A stretch of DNA of 64,000 nt, taken from NCBI GenBank assembly GCA_030658975.1, contig JAUSBL010000002.1:353-64352 (forward strand). The letters are read 5' to 3'. Shown in pieces: positions 55,008-64,000 of the stretch (position 1 is its first letter; each line of letters begins with the position of its first letter). Made by a program: the position numbers and the translations under genes. The stretch is from Candidatus Latescibacterota bacterium. GTDB lineage: Bacteria; Krumholzibacteriota; Krumholzibacteriia; LZORAL124-64-63. The notes below the pieces were generated by a model. The model worked only from the letters and a program-made list of their open reading frames with translations. It made no database searches and was not told the DNA's origin.

Positions 55008-56312
55008 ATGCGCCGACCCTGGAATCACATCTCGGTGCTGCTGCTGCTGCAGGCGGTCGTGTTCGTCACGTTCCGCCATGTCCTGGACACGCCCCTGTGG
55101 AACCCCGTCGACTTCGAGATCCTCCACGACGCCCACGTCCTGCGGGGCAACCTGGGCGACTACTTCAGCCACCTCGGCACGTTCTTCAGCCAGCCCCTGC
55201 TGCAGGTCGTGTTCCTGCTGGAATCCGACGCCTTCGGGCACGCGCCCGCGGGTTACCTGGCCGTCAACCTCGCCGTGCACGCCCTGAACGCCTTCGTGGT
55301 CTACATGCTGGTCAACATGCTGTTCCCTCACGAGCGGATGGCCTTGACGGCTTCGCTGCTGTTCGCCCTCGCGGTCGGCCATTACGGCAAGGGCCTGCTG
55401 AGCCTGGCCGGCATGGAATCCCTGCTGATCACGCTGTTCTACCTGGTCGTCCTCTACTGCATGATCCGCAACGACTTCCGGCACGGCGGCCGGCTGCGGA
55501 GCCCCTGGTTCCTCGGCGGCCTGGCGGTGTTCGGCCTGGCGGGCCTGACGCGCCCGGCCTCGTTCTCGCTCCTGGGCTGCCTGCTGGTCTACAAACTCCT
55601 GTTCTTCCGGGAGCGCGGCGGGAGGTCGGTCTTCTCGCCCTCCGTGCTGATCCTGCTCGCGGCGGGCGTATCCTTCTACGTGGCGAAGGTGCTGTGGGGC
55701 TACGACCAGCCGCCGGTGCGCTTCGGCGGCCAACCGGGCGCATCGGAATTCACCTGGGACGCCTTCAAGACGATCTTCCGCTACCTGAACCTGCTGGTGT
55801 TCCCGCTGCAGGTCAGCGACCTCGTGACATCCTCGCACCCGGTCGTGCGCTTCATCTACGACTGGAGGGTTCCCGTGCGGACCCTGGTCTCGCTGGGACT
55901 GTTGAGCTTCAGCTTCTTCGGTTTCCTGTTCGGCAGCCGGGCGCTGCGCTTCTTCATCGCCTGGACCTACATCACGGTGATCCCGCCCGCGCTGATCGCC
56001 GGCAGCGGCGAGTGGCTGAACGTGCGCTCCCTCTATCTGGCCTCGGTGGGCTTCTGCGTCATCCTGGCCGCCGGCACCCTGGGCTGCGTCCGCCTGCTCG
56101 GCGCCCACCGCCGTCGCAGGTGGCTGCCGTTCTTCATTCCGCTCTGCTTCGTGGTCATCGCCCTGAGCGTGAACATGCGCCTGACCGCGCGCAACATCGC
56201 CCGGGCGGAGGAGCCCGACATCCGGGAACTGCACCGCATCCTGGACGCCGAGATCGCCGGCGGCGGGAGCGGGGCCACCGTCCCTGACGGGCGTTCCCCG
56301 GACCTCCCCTGA
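55008..56312 (+). CDS. Polytopic membrane protein, GT-C glycosyltransferase-like
   Basis: Many TM helices; early loop WNPVDF..QPL; VNLAVHALNA motif typical of TMTC/ArnT-like proteins; start uncertain. Confidence 0.6.
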   Translation: MRRPWNHISVLLLLQAVVFVTFRHVLDTPLWNPVDFEILHDAHVLRGNLGDYFSHLGTFFSQPLLQVVFLLESDAFGHAPAGYLAVNLAVHALNAFVVYMLVNMLFPHERMALTASLLFALAVGHYGKGLLSLAGMESLLITLFYLVVLYCMIRNDFRHGGRLRSPWFLGGLAVFGLAGLTRPASFSLLGCLLVYKLLFFRERGGRSVFSPSVLILLAAGVSFYVAKVLWGYDQPPVRFGGQPGASEFTWDAFKTIFRYLNLLVFPLQVSDLVTSSHPVVRFIYDWRVPVRTLVSLGLLSFSFFGFLFGSRALRFFIAWTYITVIPPALIAGSGEWLNVRSLYLASVGFCVILAAGTLGCVRLLGAHRRRRWLPFFIPLCFVVIALSVNMRLTARNIARAEEPDIRELHRILDAEIAGGGSGATVPDGRSPDLP

Positions 56313-56438
56313 CGCCAGGACCTCGTCCCCCTGCCGATTCCGGCTTTCGCGCCCGCCCGGCCCGTGTATCTTTGACCGGCACCCTTGGGACGAGCGACCC
56401 GGATCGGTTTTGCGACTAATTGCCAGGAGGATCGTGCG

Positions 56439-57566
56439 ATGGCCAAGTACCGCATCGGCTGGATGCCCGGCGACGGCGTGGGCGTGGACGTCATGGACGC
56501 GACCAGGACCGTGCTGGACGCGATGGGATTCGACGCCGAGTACATCCACGGCGACATCGGCTGGGAGATCTGGCGGACCGAGGCCAACCCGCTGCCCGAC
56601 CGCACCCTCGCCATGCTGCGCGGCGTGGACGCCGCCCTGTTCGGCGCCATCACCAGCAAGCCGAAGGAGGAGGCTGAGCAGGAACTGGTCCCCGCGCTGC
56701 GGGGCAAGGGGCACGTCTACCGCAGCCCGATCGTCGGCCTGCGCCAGAAGTTCAACCTGCGGACCAACCTGCGGCCCTGCAAGGCCTACGCGGGCAACCC
56801 CCTGAACTTCCGCGACGACCTCGACCTGGTGGTCTTCCGCCAGAACACCGAGGACCTGTACATGGGCGTCGAGTGGCACCCCCTGCCGCAGGAAGTCCGC
56901 GACACCATGAAGAAGACCCATCCCGCCCAGATGGGCCGCATGGACGCGACCGCCAACGAGGACATCGCGGTCAGCTGCCGCATCCTGACCCGCCTGGGCT
57001 GCCAGCAGATCGTGCGCGACGCCTTCGAGTACGCGAAGAAGTTCGGTTACAAGTCCGTCACGGTTGTCGAGAAGCCGAACGTGGTGCGCGAGACCTCGGG
57101 CCTGATGGTCCGCGAGGCCCGCCTGATCGCCAAGGAGTACCCCGGCATCGCGCTGTGGGAGACCAACATCGACGCGATGTGCATGTGGCTGATCAAGAAC
57201 CCCCAGGACTACGGCGTCCTGGTCTCCAGCAACATGTTCGGCGACATCATCAGCGACCTCTGCGCCCAGCTGGTGGGCGGCCTGGGCTTCGCCTGCTCGG
57301 CCAACATCGGCGACGAGGTCGCGATCTTCGAGCCCAGCCACGGCTCGGCGCCGAAGTACGTCGGGATGAACAAGGTCAACCCGATCGCCATGATCCTGTC
57401 GGCCAAGATGATGCTCGACCACCTGGGCGAGAAGAACATGGCGGCGCGGCTGGAGCGGGCCGTCGCCGAGGTCATCGCCGAGGGCCAGGTCCGCACCTAC
57501 GACATGGGCGGCGACGCGACCACGACCGACATGGCCGCGGCGATCGCCGCCAGGGCGGCCCGTTAG
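56439..57566 (+). CDS. Isocitrate/isopropylmalate dehydrogenase family protein
   Basis: AGGAGG RBS; PGDGVG, NLRP, RQNTEDLY, NMFGDIISD, FEPSHGSAPK, RTYDMGG. Confidence 0.92.
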   Translation: MAKYRIGWMPGDGVGVDVMDATRTVLDAMGFDAEYIHGDIGWEIWRTEANPLPDRTLAMLRGVDAALFGAITSKPKEEAEQELVPALRGKGHVYRSPIVGLRQKFNLRTNLRPCKAYAGNPLNFRDDLDLVVFRQNTEDLYMGVEWHPLPQEVRDTMKKTHPAQMGRMDATANEDIAVSCRILTRLGCQQIVRDAFEYAKKFGYKSVTVVEKPNVVRETSGLMVREARLIAKEYPGIALWETNIDAMCMWLIKNPQDYGVLVSSNMFGDIISDLCAQLVGGLGFACSANIGDEVAIFEPSHGSAPKYVGMNKVNPIAMILSAKMMLDHLGEKNMAARLERAVAEVIAEGQVRTYDMGGDATTTDMAAAIAARAAR

Positions 57567-57600
57567 GCGGTCCGGTCACGATCAGCCAGCTCGAGTACCG

Positions 57601-57636
57601 GCCGCGGCTCCCGGAAAGGGGCCGCGGCCTGGTTTT
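57601..57636 (+). terminator. Intrinsic terminator
   Basis: GCCGCGGCTCC-CGGAAA-GGGGCCGCGGC followed by CTGGTTTT. Confidence 0.6.
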
Positions 57637-58414
57637 ATCGGGAGGGTGCGGCGTCGCCGCCCGCCGCGAGCGAGGCGCGCAGCAGGTGCCGCTTGGCGGT
57701 GCGGGCGTTGCGGCCCAGCGAGTGCAGGTAGCCGCGGGCGCGTTCTCGCTCGGAGCCGAGCCCCAGGGCCGCGCGGTCGCAGAGGCAGGGCACGAAGGAG
57801 AAGCCGAGCGTGGCCGCGGCGCGGGCGATCTCGGACTTCTCGGCCAGCAGCAGCGGGCGGATCAGCGCCACGCGCCCGTCGAAAAAGTCGCGGCGCGGCG
57901 GCAGGCCCTCCAGGCCTCCCTTGAACAGCAGGTTCATCAGGACCGTCTCGGCGGCGTCGTCCAGGTGGTGGGCCAGGGCCAGCTTGCCGTAGCCGTGCTG
58001 CGCGGCGTGGCTGAAAAGCAGCCGGCGGCGTTCGTGCGCACAGCGGAAGCAGGGATGGGCCGCCCGCGCGCCCGCGGGCGGACCCGGGTCCGGCTCGGCG
58101 GCCGCAAACGCCAGCGGCACGGCCAGATCGCCGCAGAGATCCTCCAACCGGCGGCGGCGATCTTCGCGCCCCTGCGCCGCGGGAAACTCGACGTGCAGCG
58201 CCGCCAGCCCGAAGTCGAACGGCGTGACCCGGCGCCAGCGCACGAGCAGGTGCAGCAGGGTCACGCTGTCCATGCCACCGGACAGGCCGAGCAGCACGCG
58301 GTCCCCATCGGCGAACAGCGGCCATCGCTTCTGGGCGGCGGCGAGGCGGCGGGCCAGGAAATGCAGGCGGCGCTCGCGATCGGCGGCCGGATCGGCAGTC
58401 GGTTCGACATTCAT
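57635..58414 (-). CDS. ttcA: tRNA 2-thiocytidine biosynthesis protein, TtcA family
   Basis: SGGMDS PP-loop, CFRC..RR, AHHLDDAAET.LMN, IRPL. Confidence 0.82.
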   Translation of the reverse strand: MNVEPTADPAADRERRLHFLARRLAAAQKRWPLFADGDRVLLGLSGGMDSVTLLHLLVRWRRVTPFDFGLAALHVEFPAAQGREDRRRRLEDLCGDLAVPLAFAAAEPDPGPPAGARAAHPCFRCAHERRRLLFSHAAQHGYGKLALAHHLDDAAETVLMNLLFKGGLEGLPPRRDFFDGRVALIRPLLLAEKSEIARAAATLGFSFVPCLCDRAALGLGSERERARGYLHSLGRNARTAKRHLLRASLAAGGDAAPSR

Positions 58415-58673
58415 CCCAGATCCTCCCGCTCCCCATCCTGGACCCCTGCGACCTCCGGCGCAAGATTGCGCGCACGGCGCGTCCCGGATCTGCTATGGTT
58501 CCCGCGACACGTGTCATCGCCGGCCGCGGTTCCCAAGGACGGGGACCGCGGCCGGTTCGCTTGTGGCCGTGCCCGGCCGCGCGCCCTCCTCTGGACGCAT
58601 CCTCTGGACATGAGGCGGCGCGTCGCCCATCGTTGCGCCCGAGGGAGCCCACCACCCCGCCGGGAGGGCGACA

Positions 58674-59666
58674 ATGAAGAACCGCGAAGAACGGGTCCGC
58701 GCCGCGCGCAGCGCGCTGACCAACGTGCTGGACTTGAAGCGCCACGACCGCGTCCTGGTCGTCACCGACACGATCACCCGCGGCGTGGCCGACGTGTTCG
58801 CCGAAACGGCCGAGGCCGAGGGCTGCGACACCGACACCTACCTCATCCCCGAACAGGGCCGACCCCTCGCCGCGCTGCCGGCGGGAATGGTCGACCGTCT
58901 CGCCGGCCGCACGGTGGTGATCAACGCGTTCTCGGCGTCGAACGCCGAGGTGCCCTTCCGCATCGCCTGGATCCGCGCCATCGAAGAGACGCGACGGATC
59001 CGCCTGGGGCACGCGCCCGGCATCACCGAAGCCATGCTCGACGACGGCCCCCTGGCCGTGGACTACGCCGCCATGCGCGCACGCGCCGAGCGGCTGATCG
59101 AGAACCTGCGTGAAGCCGTCTCGGTGCACATCACGGCGCCCGGGGGCACCGATCTGGTGCTGGGCCTGCGCGGCCGGCCGTTCCAGTCCGACGTCCGTGC
59201 GACCGTCGAGACCGGCGTCAATCTGCCGTGCGGCGAGGTCTACTGCGCCCCGATCGAAACCGAGGGCGAGGGCGTGCTGGTGGCCGACGGCCCCATCGGC
59301 GCCATCGGCAAGCCCGCGGCGCCCGTCACCCTGGAACTGTCACGGGGACGCGTCGTGCGGGTGGCCTGCGCCGACGCCGCGCTGCGGGCCGAGATCGAGC
59401 AGCTCTGCGCGGCCGACGCGACCGCGAACATCGTCTGCGAGCTGGGCATCGGCCTGAACCCCGGCGCGCGCCTGGTCGGCTGCATGCTGGAGGACGAGAA
59501 GGCCCTGCGCACGGCACACATCGCCTTCGGCAGCAACGAGGACATGCTCGGCGGCTGCAACATCTCGAGCGTCCACATCGACTACCTGTTCCACACGCCG
59601 TCGATGGACGTCGCCTACGAGGACGGCTCGCACCGCCAACTGATGCGCGACGGCCAGTTCACCTAG
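58674..59666 (+). CDS. M29-like (thermophilic metalloprotease) aminopeptidase
   Basis: GTDL, NLPCGEVYCAP, ELGIGLNP, EDEK..TAHIAFG, HID. Confidence 0.85.
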   Translation: MKNREERVRAARSALTNVLDLKRHDRVLVVTDTITRGVADVFAETAEAEGCDTDTYLIPEQGRPLAALPAGMVDRLAGRTVVINAFSASNAEVPFRIAWIRAIEETRRIRLGHAPGITEAMLDDGPLAVDYAAMRARAERLIENLREAVSVHITAPGGTDLVLGLRGRPFQSDVRATVETGVNLPCGEVYCAPIETEGEGVLVADGPIGAIGKPAAPVTLELSRGRVVRVACADAALRAEIEQLCAADATANIVCELGIGLNPGARLVGCMLEDEKALRTAHIAFGSNEDMLGGCNISSVHIDYLFHTPSMDVAYEDGSHRQLMRDGQFT

Positions 59667-59684
59667 GAAAGCGGGGCCGCGGCC

Positions 59685-62162
59685 ATGCAACCCATCGAAC
59701 GGCTGGGCGCCTTCTACCTCGGCAAGGAGTACGACCCGGCCACCGGCGTGAAGGCCGACGCGCATCTGCAGTACGACGCCCGCGACCTGACGACCCACGC
59801 CGTCTGCGTGGGCATGACCGGATCGGGCAAGACCGGGCTGTGCATCGCCCTGCTCGAGGAAGCGGCGCTCGACGGCGTGCCGGCGATCATCATCGATCCC
59901 AAGGGCGACCTCGCCAACCTCCTGCTCACGTTCCCCGAGCTGAGGCCCGAGGACTTCCTGCCCTGGGTCAACCCCGACGATGCGCGCCGCAAGGGCCAGA
60001 CCCCGCAGCAGTACGCCGCCGCCACGGCGACCGCCTGGCGCGAGGGGCTCGCCGCCTGGGACCAGGATCCCGACCGCATCCGCCGCCTGAAGGCGAGCGC
60101 GGAGTTCCGCATCTACACCCCGGGCTCGGACGCGGGCACGCCGGTGTCCATCCTCGCCTCGCTGCGCGCGCCGGCCGGCGGCTGGGAGGGGAACGAGGAA
60201 GCCCGCCGCGAGCAGATCGCGGGCACCGTCGGCGCCCTGCTCGGCCTGGCCGGCGTCGAGGCGGATCCCCTGCGCGGCCGCGAGCACATCCTGCTCTCGA
60301 CGATCTTCGAGCAGGCCTGGCGCGAGAGCCGCGACCTGGACCTGGTGCAGCTGATCACGGCGGTGCAGAAGCCGCCCGTGGACAAGCTCGGCGTCTTCGA
60401 CGTGGACGTCTTCTTCCCGCCGCAGGACCGCTTCGGGCTGGCCATGGCCCTGAACGCCGTGGTCGCGGCGCCCTCGTTCGCGTCCTGGCTGCAGGGCGAG
60501 CCGCTGGACGTCGACGCACTCTTGCAGGCGCCGGACGGCCGGCCGCGCCACGCCATCTTCTCGATCGCGCACCTGCAGGACGCCGAGCGCATGTTCTTCA
60601 CGACGCTCCTGCTGGAGCAGATCGTCGCCTGGATGCGCCGCCAGCCGGGCACCACCAGCCTGCGGGCCCTGCTCTACATGGACGAAGTCTTCGGCTACCT
60701 GCCGCCGACGGCCGAGCCGCCCAGCAAGAAGCCCCTGCTGACCCTGCTGAAGCAGGCCCGCGCCTGCGGTCTCGGCGTGGTGCTGACCACCCAGAACCCC
60801 GTCGACCTGGACTACAAGGCCCTCGGGAACGCCGGCACCTGGCTGCTGGGCAAGCTGCAGACCGAGCGCGACAAGCTGCGCGTGCTCGACGGGCTCGAGT
60901 CCGCAGGCGGCGGCCTCGACCGCCGGGCGGCCGACGCTCTGCTGTCGAACCTGGGCGAGCGCGTTTTCCTGCTCCACGACACGCACGCCGACGGCCCGGT
61001 CCTGATGCAGACGCGCTGGGCCATGAGCTACCTGCGCGGCCCCCTGACGCGCGACCAGATCCGCTCGCTCACCAAGGGCGCGACGCCCGCCGCGGCGCCT
61101 TCTGCGGCGGCAACCGCCCCGAAGGCGCCCGGCGCTCCCGCATCCCCCCTCGCCGCGCCGCCCCCTCTGCCGCCCGCGGTGCCGCAGGCCTGGGCGCCCG
61201 CAACCCGCTCGCGCGAGTCGGCCCTGGCCGCGCTCGAAGCGGAGCGCGGGCGCCTGGACGTCGCCGCCGCGACGCTGGTCTACGAGCCGCGGCTCGGCGC
61301 CTTCGGGCGCGTCGCCTTTGTCGACCGCAAGCTGGGCGTGGACGCGGAACAATCCGTCGCCCTGCTGGTGCGGCCGCAGGACGCGGGCGCGCTGGTCCGG
61401 TGGCGCGAGGCCGAACCCGCCACCCTCGCGCCCGACGCCCTGGGCGCCGCTCCCGATCCCGGCGCCCTGTGCGCCCCGCTGCCCGCCGGCTGGAGCGCCG
61501 CGGCGGTCTACAAATCGGCCGCGAAGGATTTCGCCGACCATCTCTACCAGGACCGTGAACTGAGCCTGCCGCACTGCCCCGCCCTGGACCTGCACGGCCT
61601 GCCCGGCGAGACGGCGGCGGCGTTCGCCGGCCGCGTCCAGCTGGCGGCCCGCGAGCGTCGCGACGCCGACGTCGACAGGCTGCGCGCCAAAACCGGCACG
61701 GCCCTCGCACGGCTGATGGCGAAGCTGGAGCGCGAACAGTCGGAGCTGACGCAGGACAGGGCCGACCATGCCTCGCGACAGCGCGAGGAACTGCTGTCGG
61801 CGGGCGAGACGATCGCCGGCATGCTCGGCGTCTTCGGCGGACGGCGTCGCACCGGCCTGGCGGCGGCGGCGCGCAAGCGGCACCTGACCGACAGCGCCCG
61901 GATGGACATCGCGGAATCGGAGCGGCTGATCGCCGGTCTCGAGCGGGAGATCGCCGCCATGCGTGCGCAGGCCGAGCAGGAGGCGGCCGCGGTCGCCTCC
62001 CGCTGGGACGCCGCCGCACGGGAGATCGCCGCCGTGGCGGTCAAGCCCCGGCGCACCGACGTGCGGGTGGACCTCGTCGCACTGACCTGGATGCCGTTCT
62101 GGGAGTTCACGGTGCGGGAGGGGGACGGCGGGACCGCGCCGTTGCGCGCCCCCGCGAGCTAG
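59685..62162 (+). CDS. HerA/DUF87-like P-loop ATPase with C-terminal coiled coil
   Basis: THAVCVGMTGSGKT, IIDPKGD, YMDEVFG, KQAR..G..VLTTQNPVD. Confidence 0.85.
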   Translation: MQPIERLGAFYLGKEYDPATGVKADAHLQYDARDLTTHAVCVGMTGSGKTGLCIALLEEAALDGVPAIIIDPKGDLANLLLTFPELRPEDFLPWVNPDDARRKGQTPQQYAAATATAWREGLAAWDQDPDRIRRLKASAEFRIYTPGSDAGTPVSILASLRAPAGGWEGNEEARREQIAGTVGALLGLAGVEADPLRGREHILLSTIFEQAWRESRDLDLVQLITAVQKPPVDKLGVFDVDVFFPPQDRFGLAMALNAVVAAPSFASWLQGEPLDVDALLQAPDGRPRHAIFSIAHLQDAERMFFTTLLLEQIVAWMRRQPGTTSLRALLYMDEVFGYLPPTAEPPSKKPLLTLLKQARACGLGVVLTTQNPVDLDYKALGNAGTWLLGKLQTERDKLRVLDGLESAGGGLDRRAADALLSNLGERVFLLHDTHADGPVLMQTRWAMSYLRGPLTRDQIRSLTKGATPAAAPSAAATAPKAPGAPASPLAAPPPLPPAVPQAWAPATRSRESALAALEAERGRLDVAAATLVYEPRLGAFGRVAFVDRKLGVDAEQSVALLVRPQDAGALVRWREAEPATLAPDALGAAPDPGALCAPLPAGWSAAAVYKSAAKDFADHLYQDRELSLPHCPALDLHGLPGETAAAFAGRVQLAARERRDADVDRLRAKTGTALARLMAKLEREQSELTQDRADHASRQREELLSAGETIAGMLGVFGGRRRTGLAAAARKRHLTDSARMDIAESERLIAGLEREIAAMRAQAEQEAAAVASRWDAAAREIAAVAVKPRRTDVRVDLVALTWMPFWEFTVREGDGGTAPLRAPAS

Positions 62163-62169
62163 GCCGGAA

Positions 62170-63045
62170 TCAGCGGACCACGGAGCCCGCGGCGCGGAAC
62201 GACAGGTAGTCCTGGATCAGCCCGTCGTACTTGTCGCAGAGCGCGTCGTCGGCGAGCGCGTGACGCACGTCATCCGGGGTCGGGACGCGGCGCATCCCGG
62301 AACTGACGCCCCGCAGGGCCTGCAGCACGCGCAGGTGCTCGGAGCGGGCGTCCGGATTGTCCGACACCATGACGTGGTGCTCGCCGAAGCCGAAGACGCC
62401 GTCCGGCGTCGCCGCCATCCACTCGATGAACACCCGCATCGCGTCGTACTGGCGGTTGCGCAGCGCCGCCCGCGGCTCGACCCAGTGCGGCTCGTGCACG
62501 AAGTTCACCGTGATCTCGGGCAGGTCGCCCACGAATCGGCAGACCAGCGTCTCCCCCGGCACGTCCAGCGCCACCATCTCCATCACCGTGCCCATCGACT
62601 TCTCCAGCTCGGCGGCGAAGCGGCGCATCCCCTCTTCCTTGTCGTCCGCGGTCTGGTAGGCCGCCTCCGCAGCCTCGAGCATCAGTTGCACCGTGCGCAG
62701 GCGGTCGCTCATCGGCATGGGGAGCCCGTCGGCCGGATCGGGCCGCCGCATGGGCTCGAACGGCATCCCGGCCAGGAAGAGGGTGTCCGTGCCGACACCC
62801 GTGAACGTCCACGGCGGCGGTATCTGCGCACCGTATCCCACCAGCAGGGGCTGATCACCGCCGGCGACGGTGACGGTGCCGTCCTCGTTGATCGGGTAAG
62901 GGAAGAACTCGGCGCGGAAAAAGCGCCAGTAGACCACCAGAGTGATGATCAGCACGAGCTGAACGGCCGCCACCAGCAGAAAAACGCGCTTCCAGCTGAA
63001 CTGCTGGGGATCGAACCTGGAAAAATCCTTCATGGGGGATGTCAT
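62170..63045 (-). CDS. Hypothetical membrane-anchored protein
   Basis: N-terminal TM helix (VFLLVAAVQLVLIITLVVYW); GC3-rich codon usage. Confidence 0.65.
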   Translation of the reverse strand: MTSPMKDFSRFDPQQFSWKRVFLLVAAVQLVLIITLVVYWRFFRAEFFPYPINEDGTVTVAGGDQPLLVGYGAQIPPPWTFTGVGTDTLFLAGMPFEPMRRPDPADGLPMPMSDRLRTVQLMLEAAEAAYQTADDKEEGMRRFAAELEKSMGTVMEMVALDVPGETLVCRFVGDLPEITVNFVHEPHWVEPRAALRNRQYDAMRVFIEWMAATPDGVFGFGEHHVMVSDNPDARSEHLRVLQALRGVSSGMRRVPTPDDVRHALADDALCDKYDGLIQDYLSFRAAGSVVR

Positions 63046-63096
63046 CGGCCAGCATCACCGTGAGTTGAGGGGGATCGGCCAAGGGCCGGGGCGCCT

Positions 63097-64000
63097 TCAG
63101 CGCAGACGCACCAGTTTCAGGGGCGCGGATCCCCGACGGTCGCGCAGGACGGCGTAGTACACTCCGGCGGCCACTTCCCGGCCGCCGGCGTCGCGACCGT
63201 CCCAGCGGCGGCTCAGGGCGGACCCGTCGGGCGTGAGCTCCAGCCGGCGCAGGAGGCGGCCGCGAGCGTCGCGGATCTCCACCAGCGCCTCGGCCGGGGA
63301 GATCTTGCCGCCCGCATCGGAACCGGCCAGCGCTACCGTCGTGCCGCCGGCGAAGGGATTCGGCCAGCCGCGCAGCGCCGAAGGGCGGAGCGGCACTGCC
63401 CCCACTTCCGTCAACGCAGGCAGGTTCAGCAGGTAGTCCAGGATCCGCTGCTCGCTGCCGACCAGGGAATCCGGGACATGCCCGCCCTGCGGGTACACGT
63501 AGTAGACGTACTGCGGCGCCACGGCCCCGCCGGCGGTCATGACCGAATCGGCGCGCGCGCTCTGCAGGATCGGCACGGTGTTGTCCAGTTCGCCATGATG
63601 GATCTGCAGGGGGACCTCGGCGTGCAGGTGCGGCAGGACACACCAGGAGATCAGGGAATGCCGTGCCTGGGCCAGAGTGAGCTGACCGGCCAGCCAGGGC
63701 GCAGCGATCATGTCCGCCACCTGGCGGCCGAGCGAGTCCCCGGTGACCCCGGTGTCGATGCGCTCCTGAGCGCTCAAACGCACGTGGTCCGCGAAGAAGT
63801 CCGTCGGGGCGTAACGGATCGCCGTCCGCCGCACGCGCGGATCCCGCAAGGCCATGTGGTAGGCCACGTTGCCGCCGCGGCTGCCGCCCAGCACGACGAC
63901 ATAATCGGGGTCCGCCTGTGGGATGTTCAGCAACACGGCCGTCAGCAGCGCCATCGTGTCGTCGCAGTCGCGGTCGAAGGGCGACGGCTCGCCGCCGCTG
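63097..64000 (-). CDS. S9/alpha-beta hydrolase with FlgD/T9SS-like CTD; 5' end lies outside the window
   Basis: GGSRGG nucleophile elbow, HGELDNTVP, GGH; PNPF..WDGRD..AGVY. Confidence 0.82.
   Translation of the reverse strand, partial: SGGEPSPFDRDCDDTMALLTAVLLNIPQADPDYVVVLGGSRGGNVAYHMALRDPRVRRTAIRYAPTDFFADHVRLSAQERIDTGVTGDSLGRQVADMIAAPWLAGQLTLAQARHSLISWCVLPHLHAEVPLQIHHGELDNTVPILQSARADSVMTAGGAVAPQYVYYVYPQGGHVPDSLVGSEQRILDYLLNLPALTEVGAVPLRPSALRGWPNPFAGGTTVALAGSDAGGKISPAEALVEIRDARGRLLRRLELTPDGSALSRRWDGRDAGGREVAAGVYYAVLRDRRGSAPLKLVRLR

Overview
High-GC (roughly 70% by eye) bacterial chromosomal window with about 50 genes and no rRNA, tRNA, CRISPR array, integrase or transposase that I can recognise. 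The many secreted proteins ending in a PNPFNP...WDGxD...SGVY domain (FlgD-Ig/T9SS-CTD-like) suggest an FCB-group candidate phylum such as Krumholzibacteriota or Latescibacterota; this is inference. Housekeeping genes include sat, pgi, thiI, an RlmD-like and a TrmJ-like methylase, a parvulin PPIase, a futalosine-type late menaquinone operon (ubiD-ubiE-ubiX-ubiA homologues), a CusCBA-type efflux system, AIM24, a 5'-nucleotidase, an S4-less TlyA, an ICDH/IPMDH-family dehydrogenase, TtcA, an M29 peptidase and a HerA-like ATPase. Four things stand out. (1) Seven mostly unrelated signal-peptide proteins end in the same short tail, [ST]WGx[IV]KxxY. In one cluster the same domains carry either this tail or the long CTD, which suggests an uncharacterised C-terminal sorting signal. 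(2) A small CxCxCxCxC precursor peptide overlaps a CcpM-like radical SAM/SPASM maturase, with no exporter but a convergent ECF/anti-sigma pair. (3) An ECF sigma, zinc-finger anti-sigma and membrane-anchored TPR-CHAT protease module shares a candidate promoter motif with a downstream operon for a giant secreted metalloprotease. (4) There are two highly structured intergenic elements: a candidate ncRNA and a MITE-like element.
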